From the NCBI GenBank assembly GCA_964016885.1, contig OZ024741.1, positions 282,286,001 through 282,350,000 of the forward strand: 64,000 nt of DNA. Reading direction: 5' to 3'. This stretch comes from Eledone cirrhosa (Eukaryota). Below, in pieces: positions 34,451-48,915 of the stretch (its first letter is position 1; each line of letters starts with the position of its first letter). The notes beneath the pieces were generated by a model. That model was not told the origin of the DNA. It ran no database searches and saw only the letters and a program-made list of their open reading frames with translations. The position numbers were made by a program, and so were the translations under genes.

Positions 34451-37400
34451 TAGACCATCTATCGTTGGTGATTTTCTTTGACAAACCTTGGCTGAACTCA
34501 CCAGCTAGGTAAACTAAAGCAATGTAGAATTAAGTGACACAATGACTGCAGCAGATATAATGAATGAATTTATTGCTCATGGATAAGTTGCAATAAGATA
34601 TCAACCTTATCCATTAGCTTACACAACCTCTTGCTATATATTTGTTTTATTTATTTAACATAGACTCATTGAAATTGAAATGTCAAAGGTCAATAAAAGA
34701 AAATATTTAAAGTACATGTTATACATAAGTTCCTGAAGAAAGCTAACATTTTATTTGTATGGTTTGGAAATATCTCAAATGAAATTAGTCCAACTGACAG
34801 AATTTATCTCTTTTAATTTTGATAGACTTACAAATTTGTTTATATTTTCAACGTTGGTTGATGTTAGAAGGATGAGGAATATATATATATTTTCTTTTAT
34901 AGAAAATGAGAAGAAAGTAGTAGTGTTTCAACAGTTGTATAAAACAAATTACCAAATTTTAGGAATATTTTAATTATTTTTTCAACATTATTATCTTACT
35001 GGCTTCTTTTAGGTTGTTTTTGTATCTGTTGTTATTCTAACATTAACTGCAAGTGCTCTCTAATCCCTCTGTACTTGATGACTGTAGTGATATAATATTC
35101 TGACTGACTGAGTGTGAAACCTGGTTTTCACTCCTTCCTTTCAGATATTAACATTTCCATCTGAAAATTCGATTTGGATGGGCTCTGTCACTCATTTTCT
35201 TTGATATTTTATGAAAAAACAAAGTTTTCAACAGTATCATAATGGCTAGCTAAGAGACATACAATTCTTGTGTTAAAAAAAAAAGGCATATGCAATTGAA
35301 TTTATTGCATATACTAGTAAATCTTTTATCAACCTTATGCAAGGGTGTGTGGATAAAAGGAAAAGAAAACCCTGGTAAAATTTGTAATATAAATAGCATA
35401 AATGAAAGAAGACAAAGGCAGTTGCACTGAATGTATTGGAAATCTAAGCAAACATACATATTCAGAAGGAATAATTTACTCAAACCTTTCTTGTCTACTA
35501 ACTTGTCATGAGGTATATTTTATAAAGTTCAACAACCAAATGAGCTTAAGACTTTTAGATCCATTTCAAACATACATGTTTATATAAATATTAATGTAAT
35601 TTGCTCTCTCATCTTGAATATCAGATTTAGTAGATTGCCATTACTAACACACAAATGTATTCACTAGCGATAATCAAGATGCAGGCATGTCTGAATGGTT
35701 AAGAAATTTGCTTCAATATCCTAAAGCCCTGAGTTTGATACCAGCACACTCAAAAAACGCCTCTGGTTCTATAAAAGAAAACCACTCATTTTATAGGGCT
35801 TCTTTTTAATTTAAAACTATTAGACAATTTTATATAAGAGCTTTATACTAATTTATGTTACAAATACCACCTTGATAATGAAACAATAATGTTAGTAAAT
35901 CCTACCAAATTCTTCATGAATTAATTAAAATACAGAAATATGGTAATGAAAGGGAAACATTTTATATGAAAAACTGAACACTTAACATATGATGGTGGGA
36001 TCTTTTTAGCAATATTTCTAAAAGAAAAAGAATTACATTTAATAATTTTGTTTGGCTCCAAATGCTCATTTAAAGACTTTTTTTAAAAATTTTAATTTTG
36101 ATTACTTTTTCAGTCATAGCTTGAACTCATTTTTCCATTTTTGATAGAAAGGAGAAATGGGACATTGTGATATTCCTGGTTACCTAAGAGTGAGTGGAAC
36201 TAACTGGAAATATGAACTTGGTCACAAATGGACTTGTTTGGATATATGACCATATCATAATCATTTCCAGAAATTTACAGGGGAGGCTTACAGTTGATTG
36301 ACAATATATTACTGGCACTTATTTTATTGACAAGATGAAAAACAATTTCAATGCAACTTAAACTTAAGACACAAGCCATGTAACTAAATGCCACACTTCC
36401 ACAGCACCAAAATAAATAAGTCTATTGTTTTTTTTTTTTCATGAAAGTTGTAAGTATTAAATTATTTGAACCTTTACAAAAGTTCTTCCTTATTTTGTTG
36501 ACATCCATTTTCATTGCTAGTATAAACTGGATGCAACTCTAAATTAAGACAGTGTTGGACTGTTTCTAAAACATAACAATCAACTGATACAAAGTAAAAA
36601 CAGCTTTTTTTCTTTTTTAGTTAGTTAGAATTACTGTGGCAAGTATAATTATGTGGTTTGTTTAATGACAACACAACAAGTATAGGAAAATTTGATCTTA
36701 AAATCTTTGGGTAAGTTCTATTTTAGCAACTGAAAGAATCAATCCTTATGATACCAAACCACCTGAAACCAGACCTGAATCTATGACACAAAACAGTTTA
36801 TATTAAAGTGTAAATATTTATTTTAAAACCTTCCATCTTCATGTTAAGTTATGCTCCAAACAACAACTTAATTATAAAAAAATGGAGTTACATTACAAAA
36901 TCTCTTAAAATTCTTGTTTATGTATAAGTTATTTGAAAACTAGGCAGTGTCTTTCATTAGAAATATGGCAATGAAAGGGTTAATAAAGATGAATAATTTT
37001 CTACAAATATTAAAAACTTTTCTGTTATTGCTTCAGTTTCACTTTGCAATCTGCTTTCAATACTTATTTAAAGCCATTTTTTATACTTATACTAGCGTTC
37101 TTGGCGACCCCCCCCCCCCCACCACCCGCCAAAGAAAAAAAAACTTGAATACTGCTATTTCTATTTTCACTCTCACTCATATGCTAATGTAAAATTCATA
37201 ATACACAGAACACAACCAATTGCTTCAATCTAGCACTAAGTTTTACTCATTAATAAATTCTACTAATTTTTTTTTACTATAAGATCTTCGTCAAAGAGAT
37301 TGTCTTAGTTAAGAAAACTCTGTTAATGCTTTTGATAACAAACTGCTTGAAACCAGTCTTGGGTTTATTATCTTAAGCTTTTATTGTAAAGTGTTATCTA

Positions 37401-38342
37401 AAAACCTTCCATCATAATTTTATGGTAGAATCTTTATTAAGTTTTGTTCCAAACACCTGCTTAAAAATGAGAAAGTTAGTTAAATTATTTAATCGCTCCA
37501 AATTTTTTATCAATTTCAAAAATATTTGAAAATCATAAGCAGTGTCTTTCATTAAAAATATGGTATCAAGAGGGTCAAAACAAGGAAATATGGTAATGAA
37601 CATGTTAATACTGCTAGTGATGGAAAAACAAAAGTGTGATTTGACTTGCTCAATGAAACAAACAATTTAGTTATCTTTGATGCTAGCTTAAGAGATTTGG
37701 TTAATATTATGATTTTAAAATATCATAAATATAAATCTAGGGTTAAAGTTTGAGTCTTCTTGAAAGAATTGATGGCAATAAAGTATTTACTGTAAATTAC
37801 TACTTGCATAACTTAAAGGAGATTTGGGAATAGAATAAGGTTTTAAGTGAATAATATGATGGTAGAATGCCAAAGCTGACCTAACAGTTACATAAAATAT
37901 AAACATTTGTTAGGGATAGAAGTGGTGCACTTACTTGTAGTGGTGCACTTAGAATACAGATATATTTAGAAAGAGTAAGGAAGGAAGTATATAGCAGATA
38001 TGTGAATGCACAAAATAAAGAGACTAATGGCTATGCAATTAATGTAGCACACACTTATGTATAAGTTTACAGATAAACCTATATATGTGAGTGTGTGTGT
38101 TGCTAAAGAACATGGCACTAATGTAATGCAACTTTGACTATCACAGACACTTTTGTATTTATGGCTTTTATAATTCATATGAGATGTCAATTAGAACCAA
38201 AATGTGATAGGTGAGTATTACCTGAATGCTTTAAAAGTAGAGATAATTGAATATCTATTAAAAGCAGATGGATAATAAAGATATGAACATTAGAGAAGAA
38301 ATTATCATTTTGTATTACTGTCATTTCAAACTTATTATTTAA

Positions 38343-39080
38343 CATCTATCACTATTAAGTTTGTTTAGATACAAAGCCAGTTTTACTGGATATATCTCTC
38401 CCTTTGAAAGGCTCCCTATTATACACATTAGTGAGAATGCAGAAGTTGACCAATTCACATATCTTAGAAACAGTTTCACTGCCACAGACCAAGATGAGAT
38501 AGATCTCTAAATCAACTGTGCCTGTGCTGCATTCTGTTATCTTCAAAGCTGGCACTGTTTTACACCAGAGATTCATCTGGCCAACAAAATCCACAACTAT
38601 CAAAAACTGTGTACCCAATCCGTCTATATGGCTGCAAGATGTGGCCAATGAGAAGCAACACATTTACACAATCTGAAAGTGTTTCAACATTTTTGCCTTT
38701 GCTGAATATTCCATGTTTGTTCATTGAAATTTTTGCCAAACTCTGAAATTTGTCCTCACTATCAGATTGGTTCCTTTCAACAACTTCTACTCAAAAGAAG
38801 CCTCCATTGGTTGGTCATGCACTGTGTTGCTCATGGAGTGAATTCATTTGCAATGCAATCATACCAGAGGCCCTCACATGGTGGTGTAAATGGCAAAGCA
38901 GGCAGTTGGAAACATAGATTGGCATGATCAAATCAGATCTTGAGCTAATATCTGGTGTCTGCTATTGGAATTGTGACTGGCCGACAATACCTGTATCAGA
39001 TGTAGTTGGTATGTATGTGCATGCACTGGTTGGAACCAGCAAAACCTATCCTGGATGAATGCCAACATCAGTACAAGTAA
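38343..39080 (+). mobile_element. Old RTE-like 3' remnant (third family)
   Basis: Degenerate VDQFTYL..DEID, LYGCKMW, KRSLHW.GH motifs; end gtacaagta. Confidence 0.7.
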
Positions 39081-39419
39081 TAATTTTTGATGGTGAGAGA
39101 ACATAATTGATAAAATCCATCTATCACTATTAAGTTTGTTTAGATACAAAGCCAATTTTACTGGATACATCTCTCCCTTTGAAATGGTCCCTATTATACA
39201 CATTAGTGAGAATGCAGAAGTTGACCAATTCACATATCTTAGCAACAAGAATTAATAATTTCATTGACCTCAAAGAAATGATATGCCTGTCTCAGTGTGA
39301 TGTAAACTTGGAAACATATAGCAAAACTCAAAGAACTAAAATCTGAAACCTTTGTTTACCATATTTCTAACGACTGTATTTCAATTAATTAATGAAGAAT
39401 TTGAAGGGATTAACTAACA

Positions 39420-39607
39420 TGGATTGGCTGTATCGGTAGAGGGTCAGACACCATGCTTTGATGCATAGAGTTACGGCCCTTTCTATTCTGAGTTCAAATC
39501 CCGCCGAGGTCAACTTTGCCTTTCATCCTTACGAGGTCGATAAAATAAAGTATCAGTAATGTACTGGGTAATTGCTGGCCTTGTGCCAAAAAGTAGAAAC
39601 AATTATT
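39420..39607 (+). mobile_element. Young family A SINE inserted in a family B MITE
   Basis: Near-identical to the reverse complement of 1003-1189. Confidence 0.92.
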
Positions 39608-42306
39608 AATTATTCCATTATTAACTCTTTCAATACCAACCCACCCAAAATTACATATGCTGCTATTAATTTCGAAAGGTTCTGATTTAAATTTAAATCT
39701 TCCAGCATAATTTTATATAAAGACCTTTTGCTATGTTAAAAACACCATCAAAATAATTAACATTATTTTAGTCCTGTGTTCTAACCCTACAATTGTCCCT
39801 GTAAATAGTTATTTCTCCAAAGTTACTCATACATATAATCCTGTATGCATTTAATCTTGTACATATATGCTGAACATTTAAGTAATTATATCCTAGAATA
39901 AATTATTAAAATATTTTTACCTTCTATTTGTCAGTAATCAACATAAACTATAAAGCTTATCTTATGCAAACCATTAATTTATCAAAAGGTATATTTTTCG
40001 GTTTGTATGATTGTTCAAATATCCTGAAATCCTGGAATATATGACAGCAATCGTGGACTCCAAAAGTGAAATATGTTCAATGTTATTGCTGTCATTATTA
40101 ATGGCACTGGTCCACTAGTGATAGCATAAAAAGACATGATTACATTAGCAGTAGGCAGATCAAAATTAAGTTACTTTCATTTTTCTTTATTTTTAGAGAC
40201 AATTCTTTATTCTAAAGAATGGACCCCCTAAGCAGAAGAGAAATGTATGTAATCAATGAACCCAATTCACTTGAATACAAAACCTGAAGCAATGTTAAAG
40301 AAGAATAAACTCTTAATCTAAAGATGAAGATAACCAGTTCACAGTTCAAGTTGTTAGATTGTTTCTCATAGTTGTGGTAATGTACCCCAAGTGAGTGTCT
40401 ATATATATATATATTGAAGATCGGAAGAGGCAGAAGAATGAATGATATCCTTTATGAACTGATAAAACCTCTAAACATTAAAATATTTTCTATTAAATGG
40501 AACATCACTTTATCAGCCAGACATAAAATATACAAAAATATGAAGAACCATTTGATGAATATTTTCAATATATTCTACAGAATAGTAGAATATTTATAGG
40601 TTTGGTTTGCTTTCAGCTAGCAGAAATGTTAATAGTTTTATTTCTACAAAGTTGACAACTTAAAGACTTCACCCACCTAAAAAGTATCTTCAATAGAAAT
40701 TTTACTCATAAAGTTGATATTTCAAGTATTTAGATAAGTTTGATCAAAATTTGATATGAAACTAGTAAAAGCCATTAGAAAATACACACAAAGACATACA
40801 TAAACACACACATACATAAACTAAACTAAATGTCTATCAGACAATTGGTCATAGCTATAGCTTACAAACTCTCCAGATCATTCTGTCTCATCTGATTTTC
40901 AAAAAGAAATCAATAATATATATCATATATAATCAAAATGTTGACTTTTAAAAATACATGAAATATTTTTGAAAAAATTGTTAAATTTTATATGTCTAAG
41001 AAAATGAAAACAATATTTAACAAGGAGAACTGAACCAGGATAGAATTAATGTTTGTACAGTTGTAAATCAAAATACATATAAGATACTCTATTAGCCCTT
41101 TTCATATCAAATCACTTGAAACTGACCTTGGTTCGGCAATGAAAAATTGTTTTTTCAAAGTGTTTATTTTTTATCTAAAACCTTCTTTAAATTATGTTCC
41201 AAATACCAGTTTAATAATGAGAAAGTTAGTTATATTGTTAAATACCTATGTTTACTTTTAATTATTTTCAAGATTAATTGAACATTATAAGCAGTGTCTT
41301 TCAGTAGAAATGTGGTAATGAAAAGGTTAAATGATAAATCAGTAAATGGTTGAGTAGATTGATGCCAAAATTTGTTATAGCATAAGGAATTTAATGTTTA
41401 ATGTGATGCATCTTAGTGCTGTTTTGTACTTTTCATGTCTTGTTAATACAGTTTCATGTGATGCAGGATGTTAAGAGTTAATCTTTAAAATGACGTTCTG
41501 TTGTTTCTATATCAACACTCTCCATTGACAAGAGATGTCATATTTGATTTTAAAGATAGATTTCATTAATGTGATTAGTTAGCTCCAGTGGCCTATTTGT
41601 GTGACACATTCTGTGTCTTGAATTGAATTTATATTTCCAATATACAAAAAATATCTTTAAAGTTCACAAGAAAGTGGAAGCAACAACAAAAAAATTGATT
41701 TTGTGGAAAGAACAGATTCTAAAAGGAAAGTCTTTTGGAAATCATCTAAAATTCAAGAATATCTCTTGAGGTTAATAACAAAAAATTAAATGACTATTTT
41801 CTCCCAATTCATACAAATAAAATATAGATTAGTTACATTTCGTGTAAAAACAAAAAATGAAGAAATGGTACAATTAAGTGAAGTAGAAATGATTACCTTA
41901 ATTAAATTTTCATGCAGTACTGCTCTGAAATAAATAATAATGTGCCCCAAATAAAATTTTGGTTAAGTTGGCAAGAGGTGACCAAGTTTATATAAGGAAG
42001 TAGTTTGGTTTTTTAATGTATTTTATTATAACTTACATGAAACTTGATTCTCTGTTCTGGTTTTCTTAAAAAATAAGTATAGGAACAAATTGGGTGTAAA
42101 ACAAGATTTGAAACTTAAATTGACTACTTTTTCCACTCATGTAATTTGATAGCAAACATCATCTTTCATATTAATATGTGAAAAATTCTCTCTTTCACCT
42201 CTTTTGTATTCTTTGTTTTATTCATTGTAAGTAATTTAATTTTATATCCTAATCTACACTTTGTTAAAAAAAACTGTAGAATTCATTTATGTACATTTAT
42301 TTATTA

Positions 42307-42433
42307 TTAACCCACTGATAGAATAAAAAAAATGATGGGTACCATAGAAAAAAAATGAATACAAATAAAAATATTCTAGTTTTTATTTAGTTTTTTTTTT
42401 ATGGTGTCTATGAATTTTTTGATCAGAAGGTTA
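42307..42433. mobile_element. AT-rich foldback element / hairpin MITE
   Basis: taacccactgat...atcagaaggtta ends; gtaccatagaaaaaaaa pairs with ttttttttatggtgt; centre aaataaaaa / tttttattt. Confidence 0.6.
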
Positions 42434-42925
42434 TTATTATTACTTGCAAACCATACGTATTTTGTTATACACTGATCAATATTTCAAAGCAATAAAACAG
42501 CAATAAACGTGGCTCATTCTTGCAAATGTTGTGAAGATACACGTTTGGATATTGACAGTAATTCAAGCATAGAAAAAATAACAGGTTTCAAATTACAACA
42601 CTAATAAAAGCAAGTTTTACATAAATGTGTTTGCAAAGTCAATTCAGGAATTTAGATATTGGAGAAAATGCATTATACATTGTATTGATGATCTGATGTT
42701 CTACTTTGAATGTCACAGTGGTTAGACAGAATGACGTCACTATGGTGAAAAAGGAAAAAGAAAATAAACACTTTTTTTAATGGAGAAATGTGACAGAAAA
42801 TGTAATGCAGAAAATTGTTATTCTTTCAGCTTAAACATGTTTAATATCCTAGACTAGCAAAAAAGATATGTCCACAAATAAAAAATATTCTGTTGGTTCT
42901 CGTGGGATTGATAATTTGTCTAAAG

Positions 42926-43244
42926 CAGGGGTTCCCAACCGTTTTTGCATCATCACTCACTTTCATATGGAAAAATTTTCCACCGCCTACCTGTATAGTA
43001 GATATTCAAAAGCATATCAAAAATATTTGGTGGAAGTTCGATACTGGTTTGTTATTCGCATTTAGCCTCCTGTTTTTTTTTTATATAAGCTCATTGCACA
43101 TATCCTTTGAATATTTGTTTTTGAGTAGCAGGTGTTAAAATACCTTCTTAATACTCAAAATCCTATATTGTCCACCAATCACCCACCCTTTGCTGTGTAA
43201 AAGTGCCCACTGGCTGGTGATATCATCCAGGTTGGGAAATTCTG
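42926..43244. mobile_element. hAT-Charlie-like MITE
   Basis: TIRs CAGGGGTTCCCAACC / GGTTGGGAAATTCTG; 8-bp TSD gtctaaag / gtctagag. Confidence 0.9.
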
Positions 43245-43887
43245 GTCTAGAGATATGTAGCTTGTAATAGCTGCTAAGGTTATAATAGGCTGTGGCTGTA
43301 AAGCTGTAGCATCTGACCAAAGTGCTATGCATCATGAATTATTAAAAGGGTTTGTAGCTTATGGTAACATGGCTGTTGGTTCCAGCAAGAAAGGTATCTC
43401 AACACTTGATTAAACTTTTGGTGACATGCTTACTATATCATAACTTGACAGGTTGTAATAGCCAGTTAATAAAACTGCATGATAATCTATTGAAAGGAGA
43501 TCTAGCTTGTAATAGCTGCTGAAGTTACATCAGCTTGGGGCTATTAAGGTGTTAAAGTGTTACAAAATAGGTTGAAAGCTTAGTAGCATTGTTTTTACTA
43601 TTTGTTTTGGCGAGAGAGAGAGAGACTGGAGGGGCAACAAGTGTGTTATGACCTCTATTATTTTTCTTTTATTCTTATACTGGTTTCAGTCATTGTGCTG
43701 TGGCCATGCAGGGATCATCTTGAAGGGATTTAGTTAATCATATCGACCCCAGTACTTATTTTATTGGAACATAAACAAATGGAGACATGAACACACACAC
43801 ATACAAAAATATATACACATATACACACACACATTATATATATATATATACACATACATATATACATATATATGTGTATATATATAT

Positions 43888-46380
43888 CATCATCATCATT
43901 TTACGTCCGCTTTTCCCTGCTTGCAAGGGTGGGGCGGGTCCTATTTAGCACAGCATCTCTCCACTTGTCACGGTCCTTTGTCATCTCCATTGTGAGCTTC
44001 AGTGATCTGAGGTCTGCTCTCACCACCTCCGCCCATGTTTTTCGTGGTCTTCCTCTACTACGTCTTCTTTCAACTGGCATTTCTTGGCACTTCTTCACCC
44101 AACGGTCATCCTCCATGCGCATCACATGTCCATACCATCGCAGTCCCCTCTCTCACACACTACATTCTATCCCTCTCAGACACAGTTTCTCTCTCAACAC
44201 ATTCATGCTCGGTCGTTCACACACATTGACATTGCACATCCAACAGAGCATGCTTGCCTCATTTCTCTCTAGCCGTCGCATATCCTCTGCAGTTGCTGCC
44301 CATGTCTCACTACCATGCAGCCTCGCGCACCTCACACAGGCATCATATAACCGGTTTTTCGTGCGCAAGGAGAAACCCTTCTTCGTCAGCAGAGGAAGCA
44401 GCTCCCTGAACTTCTTCCAACCGGTCCTTATTCTAGATACTATGGCCTCGGAACACCCCCTCCCATGCTAATCTGATCATCTAGATACCGGAAGCTATCA
44501 ACCACTTCTACAGAACCCACCTGCATTTGAAAAATGTGTCTATCAATGCGACTTCTACTGTCAAATTTCCCTGTACATCTACTGCATATTTCTCCCTACC
44601 TAATAGTTTGCCTGCTATCCCACTACATCTCTTGTGTACCCAATATCTGCATTGTGTACAGTTTATAGAATTTATGCCAGTTCCTTTTCTGCATATCGAA
44701 CATGGCCATTTCCCTGGCGGAATCAGGGTTTTGTCCTCTTTTCTACTCATCAACACTTTTGTCTTAGCTAGGTTCACTCTCAGTCCTCTTGCTTCCAACT
44801 GCTGTTTCCATAGCCAGAATTTATTCTCTAGCTCCTCTACTGATTCTGCTATAAGAACCAGATTGTCAGCATAGAGAAGTTCCCATGGACAGCCAGTCTT
44901 AAACTCCCCTGTTATGGCTTGGAGGACTATAATGAACAAGAGCGGGCTGAGGACCAGACCCTGATGTACTCCAACTTGTATCTGGAATTCCTAACTAAAC
45001 TTCATTCCTACCCTCACTTTACTGACAGCACCTCTGTACAAAGTTTGCACTGTCCTAACAAGCCATTCCTCAACACCTAGCTTCCTTAGGGACCACCAGA
45101 TGACAGATCGGGGTACCCTATCAAAGGCCTTCTCTAGGTCAACAAAAGCTAAGTATAGTGGCTTATTCTTCTCTAAGAACCTCTCTTGTAATTGTCTCAC
45201 TAAGAAGAGGGCATCCGTTGTACTTTTCCCAGGCACAAAACTAAACTGCATCTCATTTAGTTTACCCTTTCTCTAATTAGTTGCGCTAATATCCTTTCTG
45301 CCCCTTTCATGACCTGATCCATAAGTTTTATACCCCTATAATTGTGCCTCTCCAGAGCATCCCCTTTACCTTTGTAGCAATTTATGAGAATACTGCTGCA
45401 CCAGTCTTTGGGTATGACACCGCCATATATATAGCCTGATTGATGATGCGTGCAACCACTTCAGCATCTCAGCAACTATCCCCGATGGTCCAGTCACCTT
45501 ACCATTTTTCATTTCCTTAATCGCCTCTTGGACCCTATATTCGTCAATCTCCATAGCTGGTCTCTCTGTCGGATCTACTGGAGGTAATTTCTCTCTTTCC
45601 CATTCGTTCTCCACATTCATCAGTCTCTCATAATGACATTTCCAGGCCTCCTTTTTCTGATCATTTGTGACACTAAGTACACCGGCATCATTCCGGACAC
45701 ATTTATCTCCAATAACATTCTGATTTTCACTCACACACTGCCTTTCAATGTGGAACACCGCACGTCTCTGATCTTCCCGTTGCAGAACATTGGCAAACCT
45801 CCTACTCTCAGCCTCCCTGCGTGCTAAGTACACTTGATGTCTAACTTCTCTCTTAGCGGCTGTAAATCCTTCTCTACTCCCACCATTTTCCCAAGCATTC
45901 CATGCTAGTCTTTTGTCTCTAATGACCCTATCTACCATACTGTTCTACCAGCAGGTCACTCTCTGTCTGGTTGGAGCTCTGCTCCAGCCACTAGTTTCTT
46001 CAGCAGCCTGCAGTAAGTTGTCACATAAGAAATTCCAGTTATTATCTGTCATATGACTCTAAATCGTCTTCTTTTTCGTCATACACATCTTGAACGGCTT
46101 TCCTAAATTTGTATTTTAGTTAAACGTCTTTTAACTTCCAGACCTTTCTTCTCCACACCTTCCTGTATGTCTCATTCCATCTCTTGCTTACTGCGATATC
46201 ACTAACGACTAACCTATGCTGTGGGGTACATTCTTCCCTGGAGTATGCCTTGGTATTTGACACCATCTGCCTAACTAGCAAGAAGTCAATCTGGCTTATG
46301 TACTAGCCCAATTTGTAGGTTATTAGGTGGTTGGCAGGTTTCTGGAAGTTAGTGTTGCAAATGGTTAGTGAACTTGCATC

Positions 46381-46384
<4 letters not shown>
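43888..46384 (-). mobile_element. RTE-clade LINE family 2, 5'-truncated and inactivated, inserted in a (TA)n microsatellite
   Basis: AFVDLEKAFDRVPR, LLYADN, PHD-like finger, HGSETW, GRPRKTW, (GAT)n tail; (TA)n on both flanks; multiple frameshifts. Confidence 0.96.
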
Positions 46385-46424
<40 letters not shown>

Positions 46425-46500
46425 CACACTCACACACACATATATATAAAATACAAATTCCCCGAGGAATGCAAAATATTGTCATTATTGGGTTAGTGGC

Positions 46501-46681
46501 GGTGGATTGGCAGTATCGGTAGAGAGTCGGATGCCATGCTTTCCAGCATAGTTACGTCCCTTTGCGGTCTGAGTTCAAATCCCGCCGAGGTTAACTTTGC
46601 CTTTCATCCTTACGGGGTCGATAAAATAAAGTACCAGTAATGTACTGGGTAATTGATGGCCTTGTGCCAAAAGTAGAAACA
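46501..46681 (+). mobile_element. Young full-length family A SINE with 17-bp TSD
   Basis: TSD attattgggttagtggc at 46484-46500 and 46682-46698. Confidence 0.94.
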
Positions 46682-47173
46682 ATTATTGGGTTAGTGGCAG
46701 CTGTAAGCCATTTTTAAAAAATGTAGTAATTGTTGTCACCGCAATTTGACCAATATAAGTAGAAAGAGCACTACTGCTTAACTTATAAATGATCCTTCTT
46801 CAGCTTGCAGTGCTGAACTTTATCCTTTGATATAAAACCACTTGAAACTGGCCCTGGTTTTACAATATAAAGCTGTTTGTTCTAATATGTTTATATTTAT
46901 GTAAAGTCCTCTCATCATAATTTTATACTAAGTTACAAACATAGACAAAGTTAGTTATATTTCTAAATCTCTTCAAATTCTTGATTATTTTCAAAGTTAT
47001 TTAGAATTATGGTGTCATTAGAATTATGGTAACGACAGGGTTAACTCTTGTGGTACCAAACTACCTGAAACCACCACTGGTTCTATGATTTAAAACCGTT
47101 TGTTTTTATGTGTATGTATATATTTATCTAAAATGCTTCTATCATAATTCTATGTAAGAACTTTTGTTCAGTT

Positions 47174-47258
47174 ACTCTCAGATCCCAAATAATAGGTACG
47201 GGGTGGGGAGAATAAGCAGGGAATTAATAGGGAGGGGGGTTATTCAAGACACAAGAGT
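47174..47258. mobile_element. Tiny TA-flanked MITE-like insertion inside a family B copy
   Basis: tactctcagatcccaaataa / ttattcaagacacaagagta imperfect TIRs; interrupts the B consensus. Confidence 0.5.
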
Positions 47259-48280
47259 ACACCACTTTAATAATGAGAAAGTTATTTATATTTCTAAATC
47301 CCTCCAAATTCTTGACTATTTGAAAATCAGTGTATTTCATTAGTAATAAGGTAAGGAAAGAGAATCCTTTTCATATAGACCAGAAGGGTGAGTGAAACCA
47401 TTTGAGTGTATCATCCCTTCTTCAACCATTACATGAAAACATCAGAATTGTAAATTATGTCTAAATTTAGAGACACTTACCTATCATGAAAAGACTTGTA
47501 AAGCTTTGAAAATTTAAGAAATTATCAAATCTCAAATATTCTCTTGAACATTTATCGGAAACATCTGTGTTGTTACCAAAGTAAGCAGACGTATCTTTAC
47601 ACTATACTGAACATTAAGACCCTTATCCATCAAGAATAAACAAGACTATAAAACCTGATTTTACACTTCTTTCTTAATCAGTTATCAAATATTTCCTATC
47701 ACTTCATTGTTATTATTCATACCCATTTTCTCCCTCTATCTGTCTTCTTTTTGTTTCAGGTTTGATGAAATAATATTGTGGTGATGACAATGCCAATCAT
47801 GTCGTACTGGTGGCTGGAAAACGATCTGGGCAATATCAACAGTATACAGAAGTGTCCGAAGTTGTATGTGTGAAGGAGATAACCAGATAACCAAGAAATG
47901 AAGGTGTGTGTGTGTGAGAGAGAAAGAAAGCATGAACAAAGGTGGAGATGAAGAAGATAAAGAAATAGTAAAGAAAAGCAATCTCAATATATATATTCAA
48001 ATTTGTAGAATGATAAGGAAGAAAATGGATGAGAAAAGATCACACAAACATTTATATACATCATCAGCTTTTAGACTGGCTGTGGTTTCAAACAATTTAA
48101 CTAAAAGTACCACGTAAAATAGTTGGCTCATGCATCAGAAAAATAAATATTTCTGTTGGTGTGATGTTTGCAAGAAAAATAAAGTGCGTCCGCTCGGTAT
48201 TTTTCTCATTCTCTGACCTGTCTGTCTGTCTATCTATTTGTTTCTCAAGCAAAAATCACACTGACAGAAATATTTGTACA

Positions 48281-48915
48281 GATGTGTATGAAAGATGACA
48301 GTTGTATAAAAAGGTGCAGAGTGCTCAAAGTTGATGGAAGCTTTGTAGTAGGAAGACCTAAGAACACTTGGGATGAGGTGATAAAAGCTGACCTTACACA
48401 ATTACGCCTCTCAAAAATGATGACACAGGACTGCGATCTCTGGCTTTATGCAGTAATCCAGAAGATCCACCTTCCTATGTGCATGGGTTGAGGCATACAT
48501 CTAGTATGCACCTCCTTCCCCTACATCACCCCTTATATATACCTCCCAAATCATAACACCCCATCCATGTCATAACATTCCACCCCTCACACATACCCCT
48601 AGATCTACCTCTCTAATCCCCATGCTCTTCCTCCGCCCAAGTTCCCAGTCCACATTGTTAAGTGGTTGTTTTAGTGCCCCAACAAAAACGCCCAGTTCAT
48701 ACTGTAAAGTGGTCGTGTGTCATGACAAAAAGCACCCAGTACACACAGTAAATGTGATTGGCATTAGGAAGGGCATCCAGCCATAGAAACGAAGCCCAAA
48801 TCAGTTCTGCATGAGCAAGACATGGTCACCTGATCTGGCTTGTAACACAACAGGACAGCTCATCTAACCCATGTTAGCATGAAAAATGGATATTAAACAG
48901 TGATGACGATGATGT
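48281..48915 (+). mobile_element. RTE family 1-related 3' fragment with a longer C-rich 3'UTR
   Basis: MKDDSCIKRCRVLKVDGS..GRPKNTWDEVIKADL; cattaggaagggcatccagcc; (GAT)n tail. Confidence 0.92.

Noticed and set aside
34995-35215. Ser-rich minus-strand exon (YLKGRSENQVSHSVSQNIISLQSSSTEGLESTCS)
   Set aside because: An in-frame stop lies immediately upstream, all frames are closed from the nearest acceptor, and no homology is recognised.
42732-42739. CRE/CREB site TGACGTCA
   Set aside because: A single 8-mer is roughly what chance predicts in 64 kb, and there is no promoter context.
46501-46590. tRNA genes
   Set aside because: The box A/B motifs belong to SINE heads; no cloverleaf, and they continue into the SINE body with TSDs.
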